DNA of 64,000 nucleotides, taken from contig NC_089434.1 of NCBI RefSeq assembly GCF_026210795.1, forward strand, positions 4,898,001 through 4,962,000. The letters run 5' to 3'. The notes under the pieces are model-generated. The model saw only the letters and a list, made by a program, of their open reading frames with translations, did no database searches and was not told the origin of the DNA. This document shows, piece by piece, positions 53,837-64,000 of the stretch (position 1 is the stretch's first letter; every line of letters starts with the position of its first letter). The stretch comes from Rhizophagus irregularis (Eukaryota). The position numbers and the translations under genes are program-made.

Positions 53837-56500
53837 CCCTCTGTTGGAATGGTACCGCTTACCCACGCACTACGAAGAATCAGGTGTCCCCAGCTTTGAT
53901 TAACTTCATCATAAATCCTTTTAACAATAGAAAGCTTAGAATCATTACCGCATACGGCCTATCAAACTGCTTCCAAGCAGGCGATGGAATAGACGATCTC
54001 ACTAGTGATCTGGCAAATCTTCTATGACCCTTTGCTCACAAGGATACACAGTGATCCCAATCTGGGCTACACCCTTTCATCTGGCTGGAGTGCTTTCGAA
54101 CAAGGCAAACATGAACTGAAAGTCTCCTGTACAGCATACGCAGACGTTACGGCGTAGATCGCTAGAAACAAAGCCGAAATGTTAAAGATCGTTGAAATAT
54201 CAGGATTCTTCTTCACGCTCAACAATATTAACATAAATGGAGACAAATCTGAACTACTGGTATGGAATGGATCAAATCTGCAATCGAAATGGCCGGCATT
54301 ACGCAATTTGACTGAAATTAAGTGTGGAGCTCATGTGACGGATAGTGCGTAACGAGTAGGATTTTGTTACTAAAAAAATCCCAGATACATTATGAAAAAT
54401 GGAAACAAAGAGCGCGACGCCGGTGATGAAAAATATCACGTGATTTTTCGTGAAATTTTAGCAAAATATGCAAAAAAAACCTCGATCAGGAACTTCACAT
54501 ATCAACATTGGGTAAATCCAGAACACACTGACCTGTTAGTTGAATGCAAAGGATGCAATATCAGAAACAATACCACTGATATTGATTCTGCAGATAATAC
54601 GCCTTGCATCAAATGAAGTCTTCACAAACACGCTACAGTCATCAAAGTACAGCTGATCACTACTCCTGCCAACGGCGCACAATACCGGATTATAACACCG
54701 AAAGATCTAATCAAAACGCGCACGATCATTACGAATCCCCCTTGGTCTCAACAGACGTGCCATTACTAGATCATGCAATAATCTCACGATTAGTTAGTTC
54801 TCCAACACTGGATCAAGAACTACGGGTCATAAACAACATGCTAACTCAATCGCTATCAGGTGATATACAAATCTATACAGACGGTTCCTTAGATTAATAG
54901 AAAAGATCGACATAATCACGTAATTATGTGCTCAGGAAAGATAATGACATTAGTTTCTCTTGCGAAATAAAATTTCCCCGGAACTCCTCGCAATATTAAC
55001 TGCACTTTTAGCTTCCCCATCAGGACGCAAAGTAACAATCATTTCCAATCGTATGAAATTACATCACAACCGACACTTTTAAAACAACATAATTATATTC
55101 TCTTATATAACATAATAGATTTAGTCAACACGAAAAACAGAGATTTTAGTATGGTCAAAGTGAAAGGGCATGCGGGATGTCAATGGAATGACGCGGCATA
55201 GATTTAGCTTTAGCTGATAGTAATAGAATTTTAGATAGTAAAATGTTATGTAGTTATATTGCAATAGATAGGAACCTTAGAAACTTTACAAAAGAAGTTG
55301 CTAATTCGTTGGAGGAGGTCAAATGGTCTTCAAGCGGACTATTTCAACGAACACAAATCACAAATAGGAGTGCACTGGAACACTTATTGGTCTCACATAA
55401 AAACTATCAGCAAAAGTAACTGTACATCATTCTACACTAATGACTAATTTATTCATTTTATCAAGTGTTCGAACAACCTCCTTCACACAGTTGACAACTT
55501 ACGCGAGAGGAACAACGCATACGATGAAATGCTCTGCCCATTATGCGTCGAAGTGGAGGAGTCTTTATCACACTTAGTTATATGTAAGGAGATGGAACAA
55601 GGCTTCAATTCGATCGAACGCGAAGTCACCGAAAAAATCGTGAAGCACGTTAAAAGCATTCAAAAAAATCTACTACCTCCTTTTCTATTTGGGAAAAGAC
55701 TATTTTCGAATATAAAGACGCCGCTCTACCGGAATTGAAAGCACGTAACCGCGGATAACTACTAACAAGAGGTCTTATTTCTAATACTATCCTGTCTAAC
55801 ATACGGCGCGCAAAGCCTCCAAAATTATCGCTGGGAAGATAGTCAGACTTATCCACAACGCATTCCGCAAATACGTTTGGAAACCGCGATGCGAAAGAAT
55901 GATACAAGCGGAAAAAGACGCCGGCATCACCAAATCTGTCAAACTTTTCTCAACTCCTTCATCCTCTACAGATATGGCGGGGTCAACCAGAGATTCTTTA
56001 ATATGTTCGCCTTTGGCTTTGTTACGACATAGGACTTGCGAAAGCATATGCTATGAAGGGCTGTGGACTTCACAATTCTGAGATCGTTAGACACAAACCA
56101 CTTTAAGTCTTGTGAGGAAGATCTTCATATGACAGATTTGAAAATCTGTACACTCACCCACCAACAGACGCGAACTCCTAGTCAACTGCATGAACAGGTG
56201 CAAGAATTACTTAGCCGACCTAGTCTACAACGGATCCAGGCAACCATGGAAGTCACGAAAATCATTTGCTTAATTGCAGTGCAGTGGGTCTTGTGGCCTA
56301 CTAGGCATAGACATCAGGGCATTTCAAACGTCGCCTACCTGATTAGTCAACATGACCACCCAACAGTGCACATGTGGGGTTCCATAGCGGAATGACGAAT
56401 GGTTTACAAGTTTATAATAATATTAGAATAGTTATATAGTTTTTTACTTTATGTATAATATCCTAATAAATTTGTAATGTACTGCGGTTAGCAAAAAAAA
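53837..56500 (+). mobile_element. 5'-truncated, decayed non-LTR retrotransposon (RT - RNase H - CCHC)
   Basis: RT remnants IITAYG..QAGDGID, IWQIFYDPLL and AYADV; RNase H IYTDGS and KVKGHAG..WND; CPLC..ESLSHLVIC. AATAAA at 56465 and an A8 tail. TSD GAACTTTTGTT (53826-53836, 56502-56512). Confidence 0.9.
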
Positions 56501-56669
56501 GGAACTTTTGTTTCACCTGTTCTATATTTTATGATTTAAGTATCATTATGTATCTACAAGTAAGAGAAATTTTTCAATAAATTGTATTGTAATATTTATG
56601 GATTAATTTAATAATTTTTCATTAGTAGTAATATTTTAATTTCTTTAAATTTATTATAGAAATTGCAAA

Positions 56670-56990
56670 TAGTGTTACTGTTGAATTTCAATTATAGGAA
56701 CAAATACTTTCAAGAATGACATCAATGCATATTTATTTTTTTTATACTCAATCTTAGAACAAGTTTGCTTCAGTAATATGCGTTCAAGATCCTAAACATA
56801 CTAAGAAGGCAGCAAGAACATACTAAGAAGGCAACAAGAAGTGCTGTGACTGGTGCTTATCTCTCTTAACATGCACAATATCAATTCAATATTCTATCGC
56901 CAATTTAATTATAGATTGTTAAGATGATGCTGTAGCTTTTTTCATCAAATTTAATGTTTAAATCATCAGGAAATACAGCCAGGTATTTGA
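56670..56990 (+). pseudogene. Second fragment of the P-like (QDPKH) transposase family
   Basis: ICVQDPKHTKKAAR at about 56777-56820, with a 22-bp tandem duplication. DC*DDAVA..FSS (DKQDD-like) downstream. Confidence 0.5.
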
Positions 56991-58260
56991 AAAGGTCCCT
57001 ATATTTTTGTCTTTTAGAATAGGTAATTATTTATTATTTAAATAGATGTATTATTTGATTTACTAATATTATTATGTTTTTATATTATTTTAATAGGTAA
57101 AATGGTGATGGTTGTTTAATACGAATTCATATAACGATTCTTTAACTAATGTCATGATCGGGAAATTTTTTACGGAATGAAAAGGTCATATCGGGCGTTG
57201 TAAATTAGGTTAATTTAGTAATAAACGATAATTATCTTATAGTTATATAAACGTTAGATTATTTTATTGCTAAAAGTGTTATGTTATTCATTGTTAAATA
57301 GATTAATTGTTTATTAATCATTTATTAATTAAAAGATATATTATTCTATATTAGTATCCATATTAAAAATCTATGTTAAAAAATCTATCTAATTATCCAA
57401 AAATATCAAATAAAAAAAACACCAAATGCTCATTGCAGTTAAACCCGAAATCCAAAAACTACAAAAAAGAAAAAAGAGAAACGTTAGAAAACGTTTCAAA
57501 TTCAAAAATTTTGTAATTACAAAACACGGTTCGAAATCTTTATTTTACGCATCATTAACTGTTAGTTTCTTATCTAAAAATTGAAAAAAAGATTCAGCCA
57601 ATTTATTCTTTGATTGGACAAAATCGCCATCACATGACCACATAATTTTTGACCCAATTGAAAGTATATCATTTCTGCGTTAAATATTCTTATTTGTTTA
57701 TTTACGAAATGTAGTTTCGCATATTCATGGTAAAAGAATTATTGTAGCAAAGAAGATTGATATGATAAGGAAATGGATCTTTAAATAATGTTTCCTTTTA
57801 TTCTTTGGTGATGATGATATCACCATTCTGGTTTTATATATTGATCCTGTAGTTGTGTACCTCGGTACTTGCTAAATTTCGTGTTTGGCATGATAATAAG
57901 AATCGAATTTTTCTTCTTCCTAACAAAAAGTAGCCAAAAAAACAAAGGAAAAGAATCATTACTATCTAAAATAATGTTATTTTTAGTAGTAGCAATTTTT
58001 TTTTTGTGTAAAAACCAAGTGAACGTTGTCTAGAAATTAACCAAGTGTCGATTAAAGCAGTTAGTAAAGAACAAAAAAGATTGTTAATTTCTCTTTTACC
58101 ATTTCACAAACTGTTTACCACAGGTAAACTATAATTTATCAATTAGATTAACCCAATGAATTTCACATCCGACTGTGTTAAAATTAAAAGTTCAACTTAA
58201 ATACAGATCGGATTATCGAAAAAATATTTATTATAAAATAAATTGCTTAAATAATAATAA

Positions 58261-58345
58261 CATATTGTATGATAAAATATAAAATAAAGATATTAGCATA
58301 TTGTATGATAAAATATAAAATAAAGATAACATATATATTGTATAA
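58261..58345. repeat. 3 x about 38-bp tandem repeat downstream of the F-box gene
   Basis: ATATTGTATRATAAAATATAAAATAAAGAT occurs three times. Confidence 0.85.
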
Positions 58346-58497
58346 TAAAATATAAAATAAAGATTCATTCAATACTAATTTGAAAAAACCATATCCTTAT
58401 TTCTCTAAAAGAGCCTCCGTCAAATCCTAATTTTTAAAAAATCCAATCTTGTTAGTTACTCTCGTATTCTATAACAGAGACAAACGTAATAAATATT

Positions 58498-60207
58498 TTA
58501 AAAATATTCAAATACTTCTTCTACTTCGTCGTCATCGTACAATTTAGTCCCAAATTTAATAACACCTAAATTTTCATATTTTTTAGCTATTTTCATACTT
58601 TCTTCATCTAATAATTTATTTTCATCTTTCTTAAGGATTATTAAAGAAAGTAATTTTTTTGGTACTCTATTTTCCCAGCTTATGAAAAATGATTCTAAAT
58701 CTTTCGGAGATACAAATTTTAAATATTTCGAAGATTCTAAATCTTCCGGAGATACAAATTCTAAATCTTCCGATTCTAAATCTTCTGGAGATACAATTTC
58801 AAAATGTCCTGGAGATGCATATTCTAATTCTTCCGGAGATACAAATTCAATATCTCCCGGAGATGCAAAATTTGAATCTGAATCAGCATTATATATTTTT
58901 AATTCATGAAAACTATTTGGTGAATGATTTGCAACAATTTCTAATACTTCTGTTTCGTTTAAATATTCTACCCCACACCAAATTTTAATGCTTTCCAAGT
59001 ATTGACATCTAATAAATATTGCTTGTAATAAATGTAATTCATTACTTTTAAAAATTACAAAAAGACTTTGAAGATTTAGACAAAAATTAGCAATAGATGA
59101 AATTGCTGCACTCTCAAGTTCACATATAAAAAGCTTTTTAAGGGTTTTCCCATTATTTTTTAAGAATTTTATTAAACTCTCAGGTTTTGGACGCTGAAAA
59201 GGTATTTTTAATACTTGTAATCTGGGAAAATGAGAGGCTTCTATCTTAACAAAATTCTCAATAAAGTCATCATCAACACCATCATCGGGTGGAAATGAAA
59301 AAATAACTTCTTGTAAATTTATGAAAAAACTAACAAATGATAATGGTAAACAAATATTATTACTATAAAGATGTAATTTTGTTATTGTATTAGATTGACT
59401 TTTTAAGGCGGGTACAACATTTTCCCAACTCACGTCAAAAGTTGACATAGCTAAATTTTTTAAATTTTTCTGTTTAGAAATTAATTCTTCTAATCCTTCT
59501 AGGCCTTTTAGACCATTAAAATCTATAAAAATTGTTCGTAAATTATGACTTATTTGTGAAAGTTGTTGAAAAAATTCAGAGGGAATATTTGAACCGCAGC
59601 GTAATTCTGAAAGTTTTCTTGCCCCAGGGAACTCAGTGAGAGGAAAACGGAAAAAATTAGGAGAAATATCTGAACCGCAGCATAATTCTGAAAGTTCTCT
59701 TGCCCCGGGGAACTCAGCGAGAGAAAATGTTATTTTATATTTATCTTGATATTTTTTATTATAAGGATAAATTAATTTTTTTAAAGATGAAATTTGGCTT
59801 GTAAACATTTGGAAAATTTTATCTAGTACTAGTAATTTTCCAAATTGATTAATATAAACATTTTCAACTATTTTAATAATTCTACAAATTGGCAAGACTT
59901 TGCAATATTCTGCATAGTTAAATAGTGGTGGTGCGAATGTAGAAAATGAAACAATTCTATTTTCAGATAAGAGTTTTTTTGATTTATTAGGAAGACATGC
60001 AATTAACATGTGAAGAATTGATGATTCCACTTTGGATTGACGAGAAATATCAGAACTATTAAAGTTCAAAACATTCCTCCATAAAATTCTAACGGAAGTT
60101 CTACACCAAAGGCGATTAACTAATAAACACGAATGTAAAGCGGGTTTATTTTGCTCCAAATTTTCAAAAATTTCATTTAAACAATCCGCTGGAAGTTTAT
60201 ATGCCAT
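58498..60207 (-). CDS. F-box / RNI-like leucine-rich repeat protein, 569 aa
   Basis: N-terminal F-box LPADCLNEIFENL...LHSCLLVNRLWCR..VRILW, PLFNYAEY motif, repeated L..L.I segments. Single intact ORF. Confidence 0.9.
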   Translation of the reverse strand: MAYKLPADCLNEIFENLEQNKPALHSCLLVNRLWCRTSVRILWRNVLNFNSSDISRQSKVESSILHMLIACLPNKSKKLLSENRIVSFSTFAPPLFNYAEYCKVLPICRIIKIVENVYINQFGKLLVLDKIFQMFTSQISSLKKLIYPYNKKYQDKYKITFSLAEFPGARELSELCCGSDISPNFFRFPLTEFPGARKLSELRCGSNIPSEFFQQLSQISHNLRTIFIDFNGLKGLEGLEELISKQKNLKNLAMSTFDVSWENVVPALKSQSNTITKLHLYSNNICLPLSFVSFFINLQEVIFSFPPDDGVDDDFIENFVKIEASHFPRLQVLKIPFQRPKPESLIKFLKNNGKTLKKLFICELESAAISSIANFCLNLQSLFVIFKSNELHLLQAIFIRCQYLESIKIWCGVEYLNETEVLEIVANHSPNSFHELKIYNADSDSNFASPGDIEFVSPEELEYASPGHFEIVSPEDLESEDLEFVSPEDLESSKYLKFVSPKDLESFFISWENRVPKKLLSLIILKKDENKLLDEESMKIAKKYENLGVIKFGTKLYDDDEVEEVFEYF

Positions 60208-60610
60208 TTTTTTTTGCTATATTAGGGCAGAAGTTGGTTTAAAAAATATAAGGAGAAAAAAATTAATCGTTCATCGACTTTCTGTGTGATAAATATATAG
60301 AGTTTTTCCGGATTGTAGTGTGACAAAATCTTTTTTTAACCTTTATATCACGTGATGCTATTTTTTGGATTTCGGCATTCGGATTTTGGACGGATCCCCT
60401 AAAGTAATATACACTAGAAAAACGGAAACCGTTAAAGTTGTCGCGTTATTTATTCAATTTCTATTTCATCAAATAAAATAAGATTTTTTCTTAATCGTCG
60501 TAGTTTACATTAAATGTATGAATTCATGTAATGTGGAGTTTTGAAATTATTAAATAAAAGAATTAGAAATTATAAACGTATGTTAAGATAATAAGAGTAA
60601 TATTTAAGGG

Positions 60611-63600
60611 GTATTGGTAGTAGTAATATTTTTAAGCAAATTTAAACGCAAAAATTACTTTTTTGACCCTCCTCGTGTTATTTTTTTATACTGTATGTAT
60701 TACATATAGGAGGGGCAAAAGTATCATTCTTGATAGACCTTACTGTAAAATATATTATGCATATCAAAATTCTCCTGCATATCTATCAATCCTATCAATC
60801 AGGAGCGGATACTAAAAAGGAGTAAAACGTGTTGGCACGACAATAAAAATGATTGGTGGATTACGCGTGTGGACACTGGACAGGCATGAAGAGAGTCTAA
60901 CCGTAAATGTCCTCAGCTAAAGCTTCGGACAAATAAAACTATTAATTATGGAATTACGAAAAATTGGTGTTAACAGTTAATTAAAAACGGTTAATACAAA
61001 TATTATTTTTAATTTGATTTAAATGTGACGCGGATGATAAATTTTGTAACATAAAATAGTCTCCTAAATGAACAATATATTTGCAACGTGTAAAATCTAT
61101 ATGTAACTCGCATTGTTTTTTCCGAAAAAAGCTATAATCGAAAAGGAACGCCCCTTAATTAAAACGATAATATATATAATTATAATTGGCGACTTAATCA
61201 AATTTTTTTTTCTTTATTCACGAGCCAAATTGTAAGCATTTCCAAAACCTTGTATTACATCGGATTACAATATGATAAGATCAGAATATACAATAATTGT
61301 GTGCGCATAACTCCTTTTCCAAATCATCTCAAGAATAAAGAGAATAGAGAGAATATGTTAATTGATATGGAAGAAGCTCATTTGGCACACGATCGGGAAA
61401 GGAGAAGACGGAAAATTGATGAAGAGACTAATGAGGAGCGTGAGGAACGCTTAGCACGTGAGAAAGGAAGCGTAAAGTGAATGAAAAGACCGACGAGGAG
61501 CGTGAAGCACATTCGGTAGTTGAAGAAGAGGCTCGGCGCGCTCTTGCGCGTAAGAAATATTCGCTTATAGCAAAAGAAACTCCAAATCAAATTGCAGCAA
61601 GGCTTTCACAAAGAAGTCAAGTATGCGTCAAAAATATGCCTGCTGATCGGAAGCTTCTGTTCCAATTTCGCAACACAATGAACAATCTCTGTGAAACGTG
61701 CAATGGGCGATTCCCATATGTATGTTTGAGAATGATCCTAAAACAATATGGATCCAGGTAGGTATTAATTAGTATATTTCTAAATTCTAAATATATAACT
61801 AAATACTGTTATTTTCTAAAACTTAACTGATGTAGAAGAAATGCTGATCGCGCAAGTACTGAAGATGGATCCAATTTTCGGGATTTTTCATGTTCGTCGG
61901 GGAAAAGTAATGCGAGCTCTTCATTGGCTGAAGGCAAATAACAAATTCTATCGTGATAATGAAATATTACAAACTTTTCCCGAAAATGGTTCGATTGCGG
62001 AAAACTTCCACAATTCGCGGATGATAGAACTAATAGTTCTGAAAAAGAACCTGACGATGAAGACGAGAACGAAAATGAGGAAAATTCTTTCAACTCACAA
62101 ACATTTGTTCCTTCATTACCCACCAGACTTAATGAAGACAGGGCAATTAATGAAATTCTCAATTGAGCGCAACATAATCATGAGAGAATTGATTGGCTGC
62201 ATAACGAAGTTTCTCCGGTTGATGAGTTTCATACTCCTGGATATATAGCAAGAGCATTTCCTACATTTTATCCTTGGAGAGTTACGGACCTTAATGAAAG
62301 AAATAAAACCGACGGAATACTTTAAACATCTTTTAGTCTATAATGATGGTCGATTTGCTCGTCATCGACGGTGGCGTTACTTTGCCCTAAATTCATTAAT
62401 GAGACGGAGTCTTATCAGAAGGTCGCGTATTAAATTTAGAGGAAGGACAGTAGCCGAAATATTGGATTTAATGCAAGACGATACTCATAGCAGACAAAGT
62501 ATTACGGTATGGTGAAGGTTTGAGTGGTAACATCACAAAGGAACACCAGAAATTGATTAGGAAAAGATGAAAAATAATGATGAAATAATGGAAAAAGTAG
62601 TACATTGCTTGGATTCTTTAGTTACAACAATCAATCCCGCACTTCCTCCTGATCACCACCAATTCCAAAAACGCTCTAAAACCTTAATGATGATATGCAT
62701 GACTACGCTGAATTGATCGATAATAATGATCACCTAGAACTAACAACTGCCAGAAATGATCCACTTATAAATCCACATGATCGCATTCAATTACAGGGAT
62801 GAAGGGCGCATGCTGCTTTACAAGTATGCTAGTAAAGCAAAACGACGGTCCTTAGGGTCCTTAGCCTTCTCAGAAGTGTTGGACAAAGCTCTTCGTAATG
62901 ATAACCCAATGATCCAGCTGTTAAAGCATTCCAAAAGTTGCTCATTCGCACAGTCGGAGAACGTGATTTTTCGGTGCAAGAAACTTGTCATCTTCTTCAA
63001 TTACCGCTCTATCATAGTAGCCGAAATTTTGTCAGTCTAAAACTTAACAAAGAAGCGAATCGACAGCTTCGCGATAGTAATGAAAATGATCCAAATAATG
63101 AGAACAATGGAATTATGAAAACAGATCCCTCACCTCTACAAAGATATTGTAATAGACCTGCCGAACTTGAGGAACTTTCATTGTTCAAATAGGATCAGCA
63201 ATATAAATTAGTAAAAGGCAACTCCATCTCCCATTCGAAATGGTCCTGGAATTTTGTCGTATAAAAGTCCTCTTACATGTTCGTTATAGAGACCTACTTA
63301 GCCTCACAGAGAATCACACTCTTTCATGGATTGATATATATTTTATATAATTAACATCTTGTAGAAATTAATGATGACCCTAATGAACCTGCTGTGGATG
63401 ATATAGAAGTTGATGGTAACGATTCTGATGAAGAAGATGACACACCACAGGAAACGTATGAACTTCGAACTGACCGGATGTTATTGGCTGAAATGATGTC
63501 AAATAGACAGACGCGTAGCTTAGATGACTTTAGTGCCCGTGATATTGATAGAAATCACGACTTTACTTCAAATTCCTGAAAGGTTGTACTTTTTCTAATA

Positions 63601-64000
63601 ATCATATGATAGATATCTTAGCCGCCGTTCCAAGCTCTAGTAATAGCTACATGTATCCAGGGTTGACGAAAGTTTGCTACGATATCCTGAAATTGAAGAG
63701 GCAGAAAGCTTCATCCAGCAAGCAATTGGTAACTCAAGTTGGAAATAATTCAGCTAGTATCGACATTAGAACTCTAAATGTGAAACAAAGGTTAATACGT
63801 GAAAGTGTAGAATCACGTTGTATTAGCAAAATAACAAATCAATCCATAGAACCTTTACGAAATATTATCATGGGTACATGAGATCGCAAAGGAACATAAC
63901 TTACATGAGAACAATATGGTAGTTGCTCCAACAGGTGTTGCGGCTTTTAACATCGAAGGCAGCACTATACATTCATCACTTTCTGTTCCAATATGCGGGG
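60611..64000 (+). mobile_element. Decayed Helitron-like element, copy 2 (runs off the window end)
   Basis: Colinear with 20144-23250 at high nucleotide identity. YFKHLL..DGRFARHRRWRYFALNSLMRR, GERDFSVQETCHLL, APTGVAAFNI..TIHS. Confidence 0.9.

Overview
Very AT-rich eukaryotic DNA with short GT-AG introns and dense transposons. Gene families and repeat style suggest an arbuscular mycorrhizal fungus (Glomeromycotina, Rhizophagus-like); this is an inference. Only two intact host genes are clear: a 3-exon 7-TM GPCR-like gene (17105-18490, +) and an F-box/LRR gene (58498-60207, -). The rest is transposons and relics. These include a nested stack at 0.7-12.9 kb inside a decayed P-element-like transposase, a long-spacer (DD81E) Tc1/IS630-type element split by a young hAT carrying a Myb/SANT-RS gene (34.9-41.1 kb), two decayed Helitron copies, a 5'-truncated LINE and many MITEs. 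The best novelty candidate is a 3815-bp element (3654-7468) flanked by a 6-bp duplication (TAAGTG). It has degenerate bipartite ends and encodes an FYR-like domain fused to a RAG1/Transib-like transposase, plus a convergent zinc-finger gene, which recalls the two-gene ProtoRAG layout. All family assignments come from motifs read by eye; no database searches were run.
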